Part shown: in pieces, positions 36,152-46,926 of the stretch
Position numbering within the stretch: the first letter of the stretch is position 1
Layout: every line of letters begins with the position of its first letter
DNA from: Blastocatellia bacterium
GTDB lineage: Bacteria; Acidobacteriota; Blastocatellia; UBA7656
Reading direction: 5' to 3'
Assembly (NCBI GenBank): GCA_045807765.1
Contig: JBJMGU010000152.1
Coordinates: 1-64,000 of the forward strand
DNA: 64,000 nucleotides
The notes under the pieces: generated by a model
Told to the model about the DNA's origin: nothing
What the model saw: only the letters and a program-made list of their open reading frames with translations
Database searches by the model: none
Translations under genes and position numbers: made by a program

Positions 36152-38320
36152 ATGCAAGAGATTGCTCTACCGAGAGATGGCGCGCGCGCATGGCTCAGGC
36201 CGCGCTACTTCATTTTGTTGATGGCGCTGGCCGGCGGCGGCGCGTTGTTTTACGCGCATCTCCAGATTGCTCAGTGGGGCGAAGATTACAAAAGCGCCTG
36301 GATGGCGGTTGACCGCTTATTTGATTTGACCTTTGCGCTGGGCCTCATCGCCATCGCTTTCTGTGTCGGGCGGCGCTGCGCCAGGGGCCTGGGGTTGGCG
36401 TTCACCGGGTTGGCTGAAGAGCTGACGGTTTCAGTCATGTTGGGAGTTGGTCTGCTCGGCCTCGTGGTGCTTGGCCTGGGGCTCGGCGGGATGCTGGCCG
36501 CACTGCCGGTTAGCTTGGCCATCGCAGTCTTGATGTGTGTGTCGTGGCGCGAAGTCGCGACGCTCACCAACGTAATGAAAGCCGGCATTGCTGCCGTGAT
36601 GGCGACGCGTATGCGGCTGGCGCTCACCATTCTCTTCTGCGCTTTCTTTGCCGTCTTGCTTTTGCGAGCGCTGACGCCGCCGCACGCCTATGACGAAGCG
36701 ATCTATCACCTGCCGGCAACGAAATCTTTCATCGATCACGGGCGCGTCTATCCGCTCGTAGACAACGCCGCCGGCAATATGCCGTTCCTGATGCAGATGA
36801 TCTACGCCATCGCCCTGATGGCCAGGAGCGATACGGCGGCGAAAGTTTTCAGCCTGCTCGTTGCGCTCATCTGCGCGCTGGCGCTTTATGCGTTCTGCGC
36901 GCGCTTCCTGTCGCGGCGCACAGGCGTTGTGGCGCTGTTCGCTTTCTTCGGCGCCGGCATGGTGATCGAAGTCTCGGTCACCTGCCGGGTTGATGTCGCG
37001 CTTGCCTGCATGCTGTTTATGGCCACCACCGCGCTGATGATCAGCCTGGAGAGCGACGGGCGCGGCTGGCTTTATGCCTCGGCGCTGCTGGCCGGCTTTG
37101 CGCTCGGCGTCAAGCACACGGCTGCCGTGTGGGTGCTGCTGCTCGGCGTCATGTTTTTGCTCGAAAGCTTCCTGCGCAGGTCGGCTGCGCCGTTGACAAT
37201 CATCAAGCGTGCCGCGCTCTATACAGCGATCACGCTGCTGGTCGCTTCGCCTTGGTTCATCAAGAACCAGTTATGGTTTCACAACCCCATCTATCCGTTT
37301 GCGACCGGCGAAGTCACCGAGCTGAGCGACGGCCACGCGCGTTACTTCACCGATGCGGACGAAGCTCGATTAGACGCTCACCTTGAGCAGGCGCGGCGGG
37401 CCTTGCCCGATCTCGTCAAAGAGCGCGAAGCCGAATTGGCACAGGCAGTGGCCAATCGCCAGATTCAGCACCCGCCGCATTTCTGGGAATATTTCAGCGA
37501 CCCCGATCTTTATAACGCGCCCGAAGGCTATCACGAGCCGAACTATCTTTTTCTCTTCGCGCCGCTCGTGCTCTTCTTGCGCAAGTCGCGGCACGTGATC
37601 TGGCTCGTAGCGCTCAGCGTCGGTTTCTATGCACTGCTGACGCAAGTGATCTGGCACAGCCGTTACCTGCTGCCAATGTACCCGGCATTAACCATCGCCA
37701 CGGCTTACGTGCTGACCGAACTGACCGACTGGGCGGCGTTGAAGGCGCGGTCGCGCTGGGTAGCCATTGGCTCAAAGGCGCTCGCGGCCATTGCCTTGAG
37801 CGCGGCGCTTGCGCCGCTCGCCTTTACAAGCCTCACACAATTCGGTGAGCTGCGCAGTGCGCAGTACCTGACCGGGCAGATGTCGCGGCGCAGCTTCATG
37901 TCATCAATGTTTTATTATCAGGCCATCAATTTCATCAACCGCACGCTACCGCGGGACGCGCGCGTGATGATGATCGGCGCGCAGATGTCTTACGGCTTGC
38001 AGCGCGACTATGTCGCAGACACCAGTCTCGACACCACAGGCTGGCAGCGTTTGTTGTTACACAACGATTCGATGGCCGAGGTCAGAGATGATCTCAAGCG
38101 GCAGGGGATTACGCACCTGCTGGTCGCTTATGGCATTTTTCCGTGGGGAGCGAAGCGCAGCGGCAGCGCCTCGCTGATGACTTCGAAGGTGCTGGAAAAG
38201 TCACGGCCCGATTACTATGTGCAGCTCAGAAACTGGGCGGCCTTAGACCTCTTCACCAGCCAGTACGTCGAGCCGCTCTATTCAGACCAGGCCAAGTACA
38301 TCATTTATCGCTTGCGCTAA
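36152..38320 (+). CDS. GT-C-fold membrane glycosyltransferase-like protein (PMT/ArnT-like, family 39-type)
   Basis: About 14 predicted TM helices. First-loop motif YDEAIYHLPATKSF (DE..Y). Large C-terminal extracytoplasmic domain. Confidence 0.65.
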   Translation: MQEIALPRDGARAWLRPRYFILLMALAGGGALFYAHLQIAQWGEDYKSAWMAVDRLFDLTFALGLIAIAFCVGRRCARGLGLAFTGLAEELTVSVMLGVGLLGLVVLGLGLGGMLAALPVSLAIAVLMCVSWREVATLTNVMKAGIAAVMATRMRLALTILFCAFFAVLLLRALTPPHAYDEAIYHLPATKSFIDHGRVYPLVDNAAGNMPFLMQMIYAIALMARSDTAAKVFSLLVALICALALYAFCARFLSRRTGVVALFAFFGAGMVIEVSVTCRVDVALACMLFMATTALMISLESDGRGWLYASALLAGFALGVKHTAAVWVLLLGVMFLLESFLRRSAAPLTIIKRAALYTAITLLVASPWFIKNQLWFHNPIYPFATGEVTELSDGHARYFTDADEARLDAHLEQARRALPDLVKEREAELAQAVANRQIQHPPHFWEYFSDPDLYNAPEGYHEPNYLFLFAPLVLFLRKSRHVIWLVALSVGFYALLTQVIWHSRYLLPMYPALTIATAYVLTELTDWAALKARSRWVAIGSKALAAIALSAALAPLAFTSLTQFGELRSAQYLTGQMSRRSFMSSMFYYQAINFINRTLPRDARVMMIGAQMSYGLQRDYVADTSLDTTGWQRLLLHNDSMAEVRDDLKRQGITHLLVAYGIFPWGAKRSGSASLMTSKVLEKSRPDYYVQLRNWAALDLFTSQYVEPLYSDQAKYIIYRLR

Positions 38321-38349
38321 TGGCCGGTGATGAATTCACGCCGCCGGCT

Positions 38350-39552
38350 TTAGCTGTATTTCTTCAGCTCAAGCTTGGCGATGGCTTCGCGGTGAACTTC
38401 ATCGGGGCCGTCGGCCAGGCGCAGCGTGCGTGAATGCGCCCATGCCTGCGCCAGAAAGAAGTCGTCGCTGACGCCGCCGCCGCCGTGCGCCTGGATGGCG
38501 CGGTCAAGCACGCGCAGCGTCATGTTCGGCGCGATTACCTTGATCATCGCAATCTCGGCGCGCGCCTCTTTGTTGCCGACCTTGTCCATCATATCAGCCG
38601 CTTTCAAGACGAGCAGCCGCGCTTGATCGATCTCCAGGCGCGATGCGGCGATGTCGGCTTTGATGGTGCCCTGCTCGGCCAACGCCTTGCCGAAGGCGAC
38701 GCGCGCTTTGACGCGCCGGCACATCGCTTCAAGGGCGCGCTCGGCGACGCCGATCAAGCGCATGCAGTGATGAATGCGCCCAGGCCCCAGGCGACCCTGA
38801 GCGATCTCGAAGCCGCGCCCTTCGCCCAACAGCATGTTCAATGCCGGCACGTGGACGTTTTCAAAGCTGACTTCGCCGTGGCCGTGCGGCGCGTCGTCAT
38901 AGCCGAAGACCGGCAGCATCCTCAGAATACGCACGCCCGGCGCGTCCATCGGCACCAAAATCATGGACTGCTGTTTATGCTTGGGCGCTGACGGGTCGGT
39001 CTTGCCCATAAAGATACTGATGCGACAGCGCGGATCGCCGGCGCCTGAAGTCCACCACTTGCGCCCGTTGATGACATACTCGTCGCCGTCGCGCCGGATG
39101 CTCGCTTGAATGTTGGTGGCGTCGCTCGAAGCCACTTCCGGTTCGGTCATGGCAAAGCACGAACGAATCTCGCCCGCAAGCAACGGCTCCAGCCATTGCT
39201 TCTTCTGCTCCGCCGAGCCGTAGCGCGCCAGCACTTCCATATTGCCGGTGTCGGGCGCCGAGCAGTTGAAGACTTCGGGCGCCATCACCGAGCGGCCCAT
39301 GATCTCGCACAGCGGCGCGTATTCCAGATTCGTCAGCCCGGCGCCGTACTCACTTTCGGGCAGGAAGAGATTCCAGAGGTCGGCGGCGCGCGCCTTTTCC
39401 TTCAGCTCTTCGACAACGTTGGTCGGCTGCCAGCGGTCGCCCGTAGCGATCTCTTCGTGGAAGCGCTGCTCGTTCGGGTAGATGTATTCGTCCATGAACG
39501 CCAGCAGTCGTTTGCGCAATCCCTGCACCTTGTCGGAGTAATCGAATTCCAT
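38350..39552 (-). CDS. Acyl-CoA dehydrogenase family protein
   Basis: AAGGAG RBS. ACAD N, middle and C domains (CFAMTEP...[19 protein letters not shown]). Confidence 0.85.
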   Translation of the reverse strand: MEFDYSDKVQGLRKRLLAFMDEYIYPNEQRFHEEIATGDRWQPTNVVEELKEKARAADLWNLFLPESEYGAGLTNLEYAPLCEIMGRSVMAPEVFNCSAPDTGNMEVLARYGSAEQKKQWLEPLLAGEIRSCFAMTEPEVASSDATNIQASIRRDGDEYVINGRKWWTSGAGDPRCRISIFMGKTDPSAPKHKQQSMILVPMDAPGVRILRMLPVFGYDDAPHGHGEVSFENVHVPALNMLLGEGRGFEIAQGRLGPGRIHHCMRLIGVAERALEAMCRRVKARVAFGKALAEQGTIKADIAASRLEIDQARLLVLKAADMMDKVGNKEARAEIAMIKVIAPNMTLRVLDRAIQAHGGGGVSDDFFLAQAWAHSRTLRLADGPDEVHREAIAKLELKKYS

Positions 39553-39593
39553 AGCAGGCTTCTCCTTTTTTTCGCCGCGTCGCCGCGCTTCGC

Positions 39594-42053
39594 TTACACG
39601 CTCTCGATGTTCCAGATGTCCTGGGCGTATTCCAGAATCGTCCGGTCGCTGGAGAATTTGCCGATGCGCGCGACGTTGATGATCGCTTTGCGCGCCCAGG
39701 CGTTGGGTTGCAGGAACTCGCGCGACACCAACTCCTGCGTTTCGATGTAAGAGGGCAGGTCGGCGAGGTGAAAGTATTCGTCCTGGCCGACCAGGCTGTC
39801 GAATATCCAGGTGAACAGTCCCGGCGCTTCCGGGCAGAAGAGATTCGATTGCAGCGCGTCGAGCACGCGGCGGATCGCCGGATTGGTCTCGTAATACTCG
39901 CGCGGGTTGTAGCTGCGCTGTTCGCGCATCGCTTCGATCTCTTCGGCGCGCAACCCGAAGATGTAGATGTTCTCCGGGCCGACCTCTTCGCAGATTTCGA
40001 TGTTGGCGCCATCGAAGGTGCCGACGGTCAGCGCGCCGTTCATGGCGAATTTCATATTGCCGGTTCCCGACGCTTCTTTGCCGGCAGTCGAAATCTGCTC
40101 GCTTAAATCCGCCGCCGGGATGATGCGCTCGGCAAGCGACACTTTGTAATCGGGAATGAAGACGACTTTCATCAGCTCGTTGACGCGGCGGTCGCCGTTA
40201 ATCACCTGGCCGACGTTGTTGATGAGCTTGATGATCTGCTTGGCAGCCCAATAACCGGGCGCCGCTTTGCCGGCGAAAACGTAGGTGCGCGGCACTTCGG
40301 GCAGCTCGCCTTCATCGGTCGCCCGCACGTAATCGTGGATGATGTGCAGCACGTTCAAGAGCTGGCGCTTGTATTCGTGCATGCGCTTGACCTGCACGTC
40401 GAACAAGGTCGCCGGGTCAACGTCTATCTCTGTGGCGTCGCGGATGACGCGCGCCAGCCGCTCTTTGTTGGCGCGCTTGATCTGACGGAACTCTTCCTGA
40501 AAACCGGCGTCATCGGCCCACGGCTCAAGGTTGTGCAAAGCGTCGAGGTCAGTGACCCAGGCGTCGCCGACGGTGCGGTTGATAAGCTCAGCGAGCCGCG
40601 GGTTGGCTTTCAACAACCAGCGGCGCTGCGTCACGCCGTTCGTCTTATTGTTGAACTTTTCGGGCCAGAGCTGATAGAAGTCCGGCACCAGTCGCGTCGT
40701 CACCAGATCGGAATGGAGCTTTGCCACGCCATTCACCGAGTGGCTGCCGATGATGGCCAGATGGCCCATGCGAACCTGCTTGCGCTCGCCCTCTTCGATG
40801 ATCGACATGCGCCGCAGCCGCTCCCAATCTCCCGGCCACTTCTCAAGCAGCAGCGCCGAAAAGCGCTGGTCGATCTCAAAGATGATTTGCAGATGGCGCG
40901 GCAGCACACGCTCAAGCAACGTCGCCGGCCAGCGCTCTAATGCTTCCGGCATCAGCGTGTGATTGGTAAAGCCGAGCGTTGCGGTCGTGATCTTCCAGGC
41001 GTCGTCCCACTCCAGGCGGTTTTCATCAATCAGCACGCGCATCAGCTCGGCGACCGTCAGCGCCGGGTGGGTGTCGTTCATCTGAATGGCGACTTTCTGC
41101 GGGAACTCGTCAAAGGTCGTGTTGTTGCGCTGGTAGCGGCGCATGATGTCGCGCACGGCGCAGGCGACCAGGAAGTATTCCTGCAACAAGCGTAGCTCGC
41201 GCCCGGCTTCGATTGAATCTGACGGGTAGAGGACTTTCGAGACGCGCTCGGCGGCGACGTTGGCCTCGACGGCCTTGATGTAATCGCCCTGATTGAAAAT
41301 CTGCATGTCGAACTCTTCGTCGGAGACCGCCGAATAGAGCCGCAGGTAATTGATCGTGCGTCCGCCGTAGCCGACAATCGGCATGTCCGCCGGCACACCG
41401 ATCATCACTTTCCAATCGGTCCACGCCGGATGATATTTGTCGTCCTGGTCATTGGGCACATGCTCGATGCGGCCATAGACAGGGATGACGCAGGCTTCGT
41501 CAGGTCGCTCGATCAGCCACGGGCTGCCGTGCGCCCGCCAGTGATCGGGCTTTTCTTTCTGGAAGCCGTTCTCGATCTCCTGTTTGAACAGGCCGTACTC
41601 GTAGTTGATTCCGTAGCCGAACCCCGGCATGCCGAGCGTCGCCAGCGAATCCAGAAAGCAGGCAGCTAGGCGGCCAAGACCGCCATTTCCTAAGGCTGCG
41701 TCGGGCTCGGTCTCGCGTACTTCTTCGAGGTCAACGCCGAGGTCGAGCAAGGCTTCGCGACAGACGTCGAGCAATCCCAGATTGAGCAGGTTGTTGCCGA
41801 GCGAGCGGCCCACCAGAAACTCCATCGACAGGTAATAGAGGCTCTTGGCGTCGGCCTGCTGGTAGCGCTCTTCGGTCTCCAATATGCCGTCGATCAAACA
41901 ATCGCGCACGGCCATAGCGGTCGCCAGCAACACGTCGCGGCGCGTCAGATCGTTCCAGCGTTTGGCGAGCGTGTACTTGGCATGCAGGCGAATAGCTTCT
42001 TGAATGGTTTGGACGCCGCTCAACGTCGAGCGGTGCTCTTCAGAGGTCGTCAA
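39594..42053 (-). CDS. glgP: Glycogen/alpha-glucan phosphorylase
   Basis: [27 protein letters not shown] pyridoxal-phosphate signature. 819 aa. TTG start with a GGAG RBS. Confidence 0.9.
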   Translation of the reverse strand: MTTSEEHRSTLSGVQTIQEAIRLHAKYTLAKRWNDLTRRDVLLATAMAVRDCLIDGILETEERYQQADAKSLYYLSMEFLVGRSLGNNLLNLGLLDVCREALLDLGVDLEEVRETEPDAALGNGGLGRLAACFLDSLATLGMPGFGYGINYEYGLFKQEIENGFQKEKPDHWRAHGSPWLIERPDEACVIPVYGRIEHVPNDQDDKYHPAWTDWKVMIGVPADMPIVGYGGRTINYLRLYSAVSDEEFDMQIFNQGDYIKAVEANVAAERVSKVLYPSDSIEAGRELRLLQEYFLVACAVRDIMRRYQRNNTTFDEFPQKVAIQMNDTHPALTVAELMRVLIDENRLEWDDAWKITTATLGFTNHTLMPEALERWPATLLERVLPRHLQIIFEIDQRFSALLLEKWPGDWERLRRMSIIEEGERKQVRMGHLAIIGSHSVNGVAKLHSDLVTTRLVPDFYQLWPEKFNNKTNGVTQRRWLLKANPRLAELINRTVGDAWVTDLDALHNLEPWADDAGFQEEFRQIKRANKERLARVIRDATEIDVDPATLFDVQVKRMHEYKRQLLNVLHIIHDYVRATDEGELPEVPRTYVFAGKAAPGYWAAKQIIKLINNVGQVINGDRRVNELMKVVFIPDYKVSLAERIIPAADLSEQISTAGKEASGTGNMKFAMNGALTVGTFDGANIEICEEVGPENIYIFGLRAEEIEAMREQRSYNPREYYETNPAIRRVLDALQSNLFCPEAPGLFTWIFDSLVGQDEYFHLADLPSYIETQELVSREFLQPNAWARKAIINVARIGKFSSDRTILEYAQDIWNIESV

Positions 42054-42174
42054 AGGCTTGTCTCCAGATAATGAATAAGGTTCTGGCTCGGGCTCTTAGC
42101 TAAGCCGTCAGTTTACTCCCTGAGGAATGAATGCGCTACCTGATGTGCGCCGACGCCGCCCGGCGCGAGACATC

Positions 42175-43260
42175 TTATTCGTTCACAGCGCCGAGGCGCT
42201 CGCGCCGATACTTGTCGGCCTGCACCTGCTCGCACCACTGGCGGTTTTCGATGTACCAGCGCACGGTGCGCGCGATACCGCCTTCGAAATCCATCGCCGC
42301 CTGCCAGCCCAGCTCGCGGCGAATCTTCGTCGCGTCAATCGCGTAGCGCCGGTCATGGCCGGGGCGGTCGGGGACGAACTGCTTCAGCTCGCTATAGCGC
42401 CGCTTGCCCTGTGCCACGAGCGCCGGGTTGTCTGCCGCCGGCAATAGTTCGTCGAGCGCCGCGCAGATCGCATCAACGACCTGCAAGTTGGTGCGCTCGC
42501 CGCCGCCGCCGATGTTGTATTTGTCGCCTGAGCGCCCGCGCCTGAGCGCCAACAGGATGCCGGCGCAGTGATCTTCGACATAGAGCCAGTCGCGGACGTT
42601 GCCGCCGTCACCGTAGATCGGCAGCGGCTTGCCTTCGATGGCGTTGAGCGTCACGAGCGGGATCAGCTTTTCGGGAAACTGGTATGGGCCATAGTTGTTC
42701 GAGCAGTTGGTGACGACCGCCGGCAATTGATAGGTCTCGTGATAAGCGCGCACCAGATGATCTGCTGACGCCTTTGATGCCGCGTAAGGCGAGTTCGGCG
42801 CGTAAGGGGTCGTTTCTGAAAACAGCCCCGATGGCCCGAGCGTGCCGTAGACTTCGTCGGTCGAAACGTGCAAGAAGCGGAACGCCGCACGCTCAGTTTC
42901 AGTCAGCGTCGCAAAATAACGCCGCGCCGTTTCCAGCAGCACGAAGGTGCCCCGGATGTTGGTTTCGATGAACGGGCTGGGATCGTCAATCGAGCGGTCA
43001 ACATGCGATTCTGCCGCGAAATTTACCAGCGCTGTCGGTTGATGTTCGCGAAAGAGCGCGGCCATCGCTTCCCGGTCGGCGATGTCTGCCTGGACAAAGA
43101 CAAAGCGCGCGTCATCCATCAGGTCGGCAATCGTCACCAGATTGCCCGCATAGGTGAGCTTGTCAACAACGACAACCCGCGCCGCGCTCTGCGCCAGCGC
43201 ATAGCGGGCGAAGTTCGCGCCGATAAATCCGGCACCGCCCGTGACAATCATGGTTTCCAT
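42175..43260 (-). CDS. rfbB: dTDP-glucose 4,6-dehydratase
   Basis: TGGAGFIGANF Rossmann motif. YAASKASADHL catalytic YxxxK. 361 aa. Confidence 0.9.
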   Translation of the reverse strand: METMIVTGGAGFIGANFARYALAQSAARVVVVDKLTYAGNLVTIADLMDDARFVFVQADIADREAMAALFREHQPTALVNFAAESHVDRSIDDPSPFIETNIRGTFVLLETARRYFATLTETERAAFRFLHVSTDEVYGTLGPSGLFSETTPYAPNSPYAASKASADHLVRAYHETYQLPAVVTNCSNNYGPYQFPEKLIPLVTLNAIEGKPLPIYGDGGNVRDWLYVEDHCAGILLALRRGRSGDKYNIGGGGERTNLQVVDAICAALDELLPAADNPALVAQGKRRYSELKQFVPDRPGHDRRYAIDATKIRRELGWQAAMDFEGGIARTVRWYIENRQWCEQVQADKYRRERLGAVNE

Positions 43261-43287
43261 TCGTTCGTTCTTCTCCAGTGGGGCGCT

Positions 43288-43971
43288 CTATCCGCGCAGC
43301 GCGGCGAGCAAGCGGCCTTCGATGTCGGGGAAGCGCCGCAGATAATCTTCATGGCTGGCGCGGATAACCGCGAGCGCTTCTTCGCGCCCATAAATCTGAG
43401 TGATCTCGGTCTTGCTCTTGAGCGCGCCGGGGGCGTTCTTGTAGGTCAGAAAGTAATGCTGTAAGCGGTCAATGACAGCACGCGGACAATCTTTAATGTC
43501 CTGCCAGCCGCCGTAAGCGACATCATCTCTCATGATGGCGATGATCTTGTCGTCGGCCTCGTCACCGTCAATCATGCTGAGCCCGCCGATGGGCACGGCG
43601 CGCAGCAGAATATCGCTGTGCGAGATGACCTTTTCAGTCAACACACAGATGTCGAGCGGGTCACCATCGCCGACAATTCCCAGGCGGCCCGATCGTTTGC
43701 TGAAGAGATCAGCGACGCGCTCGCCGCAATAGGTCTGCGGCACCAGCCCGTAAGGCGAAGGGCAGACGTTCGAGAAGCGCTGCGGGCGGTCAATCGTCAG
43801 GATGCCGGTCGCCTTGTGCATCTCGTATTTGACGGTATCGGTCGGGACGATCTCGATGTAGGCGGTGACGACTTCGGGCGCGTCACTGCCGATGGAGACG
43901 CCGTGCCAGGGGTGCGCTTTAAAGAGCAGCCCGAGCAGTTTGGTCAGCGCCTCGGTGTTCTCTTTGCTCAT
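43288..43971 (-). CDS. ppa: Inorganic pyrophosphatase (family I)
   Basis: DGDPLDICVL and the HPWHGV region. GAGG RBS 7 nt before the ATG. Confidence 0.85.
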   Translation of the reverse strand: MSKENTEALTKLLGLLFKAHPWHGVSIGSDAPEVVTAYIEIVPTDTVKYEMHKATGILTIDRPQRFSNVCPSPYGLVPQTYCGERVADLFSKRSGRLGIVGDGDPLDICVLTEKVISHSDILLRAVPIGGLSMIDGDEADDKIIAIMRDDVAYGGWQDIKDCPRAVIDRLQHYFLTYKNAPGALKSKTEITQIYGREEALAVIRASHEDYLRRFPDIEGRLLAALRG

Positions 43972-44042
43972 CACTTTACCTCAAGGTTTCATCCTATCCT
44001 GAGGCGCGCGGTTCTGCAAAGAATGATCGGGCGCAAACACGC

Positions 44043-44101
44043 GAACGCCGCAGAGGCGGCAGCACAGCATCTTTCTTTGTGCTGCCGCCTCTGCGGCGTT
44101 C
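44043..44101. terminator. Long perfect hairpin GAACGCCGCAGAGGCGGCAGCACA-12nt-GTGCTGCCGCCTCTGCGGCGTTC
   Basis: 23-24 bp perfect arms between the SnoaL-like gene and ppa. Confidence 0.5.
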
Positions 44102-44133
44102 CTGTGTTACATCAGTGGCGAGCCGGCTATGGC

Positions 44134-44547
44134 TTAGGCGCTCATCGCTTGCCGATAGGCATCAGCCGCCGCCGCCGTGTCGGTGTACTCGTGGAAATCG
44201 ACGACCTTGCCGTCGCGAATCGTGAAGACGTGCGCCCAATCACTGCCGTACTCTCGCCCGGTCGCTTTGACGCGCCAGCGGTACTGGCCTTGCACGACGA
44301 CTTTGTCGTTCTGGGCGGTGAAGCTCTGCGGCGTGAACTCTAAAACGTCCTGAAGCTCGCCGAGGCTGGCAAAGAACTGGCCGACCTGTTCGTGGCCCTG
44401 GCGCTTGCCGGCAAACGGCACGTTGGCGATTTCAGGCAATTGCCACACGACATCGTCTGAAAGCAGGCCGAGCAGCGCCTTAATGTCGCCGCTCTGAAAG
44501 TTGGCATAGGCTTGCTGCGCAATACCGATATTCTCTTGTTCACTCAT
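44134..44547 (-). CDS. SnoaL-like / NTF2-fold (ketosteroid-isomerase-like) protein
   Basis: About 137 aa with the NTF2-like pattern DDVVWQLP...FTIRDGKVVDFHEYTD. Confidence 0.65.
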   Translation of the reverse strand: MSEQENIGIAQQAYANFQSGDIKALLGLLSDDVVWQLPEIANVPFAGKRQGHEQVGQFFASLGELQDVLEFTPQSFTAQNDKVVVQGQYRWRVKATGREYGSDWAHVFTIRDGKVVDFHEYTDTAAAADAYRQAMSA

Positions 44548-44696
44548 GGTTTGTTCCTTTCAATGCGTTACGAAAAGAGATTGGGTGAGCCGATTTGATA
44601 ACTCACCTTCTGGAATCGAAATGAAGCTACGGGCAAAGCCGAAGAACGGTTTGCATCGCCGGGCAGAGAAATCTCATGTCTGAACGACGCCCTGAA

Positions 44697-45731
44697 TCAT
44701 ACCGTGCGCGTCACCTTCGACAGCGAGCGCGGCATATCAGGGTTCAAGCCTTTGGCATCGGCAAGCAAGGCCGCGAACAACTGCGCCGGCACCATGTAAG
44801 GAATGGGCGCGAGCAGTTCTTCGATCTCCGCCGGCATGCGTATGCGGCGCGTGCCCATGCCGGCTATTTCCTCGTCATCGCTAATCACCAGCGTGTCGGC
44901 GCGCAGATCACTGAGCCGCTCGATCAACTCTTTGACGCCGCGCCGGGTTGCCCCCGGCTGCGAAAACAGGATGGTCGGAAAGTGACGCTCGACGACCGCC
45001 AGCGGGCCGTGAAAGAAATCCGCCGACGAAAAGCGCTCGGCGACGACATAGCAGGTTTCCATCAGCTTTAGCGCCAGCTCGTAGGCGTTCGCGTAGAGCA
45101 AGCCGCGTCCGACAACGACGCAGTTCTCCATGAAGACGTACCGCTCGACAAGCTGGCGAATCGCTTCGCGGTGGTCGAGCGCCGCGGCGACGTAATCGGG
45201 CACGGCTTCATAGCCAAGCTCGCTTTGGGCATCGGCGAGCGCCGCCGCCAGCATGTAAAACAGCATCATCTGGCCTGTGAAGGTCTTGGTCGCCGCCACC
45301 GAGCGCTCGCGCCCGCCGTGCATCAGCAACGTCTCGTCCACCAGATTGACCATCGCAGAGCCGGCTTCATTGGTGATGCCGACCGTGCAAGCGCCGCCGG
45401 CGCGTGCCGCTTCCAGCACAAGATTGATGTCTTCGCCTTCGCCCGATTGCGACACGCCAATGACCAGCGCGCGACGGAGTCGCAGCTTGGCGCCGTAGAG
45501 CGTGTAGACCGACGGCGCAGCCAGCGACACCGGGATGCTGGTCGTCAGCTCTAACAGGTAGCGCCCGAACAGCGCCGCATTGTCCGAGCTGCCGCGCGCC
45601 ACCAGGACGATCAGGTCAATATCGCGCCCGCGGAGGTGCGCGCCGAGCCGCGCCACTTTGTCGCGCTCTTGCTCAATCGTGCGCCTGAGCGCCGCCGGCT
45701 GCTCGGCGATTTCGTCAAGCATCAATGACAT
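44697..45731 (-). CDS. Tandem SIS-domain sugar-phosphate isomerase/aminotransferase-like protein (GlmS-C/AgaS-like)
   Basis: Two SIS domains (LVARGSSDNAA...GVSQSGEGEDIN and a second repeat). Confidence 0.75.
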   Translation of the reverse strand: MSLMLDEIAEQPAALRRTIEQERDKVARLGAHLRGRDIDLIVLVARGSSDNAALFGRYLLELTTSIPVSLAAPSVYTLYGAKLRLRRALVIGVSQSGEGEDINLVLEAARAGGACTVGITNEAGSAMVNLVDETLLMHGGRERSVAATKTFTGQMMLFYMLAAALADAQSELGYEAVPDYVAAALDHREAIRQLVERYVFMENCVVVGRGLLYANAYELALKLMETCYVVAERFSSADFFHGPLAVVERHFPTILFSQPGATRRGVKELIERLSDLRADTLVISDDEEIAGMGTRRIRMPAEIEELLAPIPYMVPAQLFAALLADAKGLNPDMPRSLSKVTRTV

Positions 45732-45768
45732 GGCGGATTCCTTTCACGCAAGTTTTCGTCGCCGCGCC

Positions 45769-46224
45769 TCAGGCTTTCTTCAACAGAATGATCTGGCCGG
45801 CGTGATAGAGTGTGTGCTGAATGACGCCGTTGATGGCGTAGTTGGCGCTCTCTTTGCCTTCAGCCAAGCGCTTGTGCAGGCGCTCGCCATCGAAATGGTG
45901 GATCGTGTCGCGCAGCTTATGATGGGTGGCGTCGAGCCTGGCAAGCGTCGCCTGCCACGCCGCCTCCGTCGTATCTGTCACCGCCGGCCAATCGCCTTCG
46001 TCGGGATCGCTGGTGTATCGGCCTTCGAGCCGGCTGGTGACGGCGCTCTCCCACGCAGAGATATGCAGCACCAGCTCCCAGATGGAGTGCGCCGACGCCA
46101 GCGGCCGCCGCGCCGCCTGCTCTGCCGTCACATCGGCAAGGATCGCTTTGAGCGCCGGCCCGTGCCACGCTTCGCCTTCGTAGGCGCGCTTTAATTGATC
46201 GAGCAAACGTTCGACTTCGGTCAT
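45769..46224 (-). CDS. DinB-family (DinB_2) protein
   Basis: HSIWELVLHISAWE...QHTLYHAGQIILL conserved His triad. Confidence 0.7.
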   Translation of the reverse strand: MTEVERLLDQLKRAYEGEAWHGPALKAILADVTAEQAARRPLASAHSIWELVLHISAWESAVTSRLEGRYTSDPDEGDWPAVTDTTEAAWQATLARLDATHHKLRDTIHHFDGERLHKRLAEGKESANYAINGVIQHTLYHAGQIILLKKA

Positions 46225-46233
46225 AAAACCTCA

Positions 46234-46926
46234 TTAGCTCCAGTCTGCGAGGATGACGTGAAGCTGTTGCGGGCCGTGAACCCCGACGACCAGCGTAAGC
46301 TCGATGTCGGCGGTGCGGCTGGGGCCGGTAATCAAGGTGACGGCGCTGCTCAAATCACTGCCCACCGGCAGGCGCGCAAACAGGTCATCAAGGCCGCGAA
46401 TCATCTGCGCGCGCTGCAACAGGGCGATGTGAAGCGGCGGCAATAGCGACGCCGTGCGCGGCTGATTCTCGGCGGCCAGCAGGCAGAGCGTGCCGCTGTC
46501 GGCCAGCGCATAATCAACCGCCGTGATGCCGAGCCCGGCTTCGGCGGCTTCGTTGATGAACGCCGCTTTATCCGGGCGCTCGCGGTCGGTGATGAACTCG
46601 ATGCCCATCTCGGCAAGCCGGCTCGTCAGCCCGAGTTGCTCGAACCACGGCGAATACCAGCCGACCGCCTTTCTGCTTTTTACCTGAGCCGCAATGCCGG
46701 CGATCTGCTCGCCAACCTCCTGCGCGCTGGCAGCGACCGAGAAGCCGCCGTCGACACGCGCCAGCGCCGCTGCGAACTGCTCAACCAGGGCGTCGCGCTG
46801 TTGTTCGCTAAGCGGGGCAATCGGCGGCGCTGGCGCAATGTCATCAGACAAGCCAGCGCTGTGCGCCGCATTGCGATTGCCGAGCGCCTGTTTGACTTTC
46901 GAGAGAATCTCGTCGCGGGCCGTCAT
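46234..46926 (-). CDS. lutC: LutC-like (LUD domain) lactate-utilization protein
   Basis: LUD domain GITAVDYALADSGTLCL. The ATG overlaps the lutB stop (ATGA). Confidence 0.7.
   Translation of the reverse strand: MTARDEILSKVKQALGNRNAAHSAGLSDDIAPAPPIAPLSEQQRDALVEQFAAALARVDGGFSVAASAQEVGEQIAGIAAQVKSRKAVGWYSPWFEQLGLTSRLAEMGIEFITDRERPDKAAFINEAAEAGLGITAVDYALADSGTLCLLAAENQPRTASLLPPLHIALLQRAQMIRGLDDLFARLPVGSDLSSAVTLITGPSRTADIELTLVVGVHGPQQLHVILADWS

Noticed and set aside
36431-37117. 228-aa minus-strand ORF
   Set aside because: Antisense to the GT-C membrane protein gene; His/Arg/Gln-rich.
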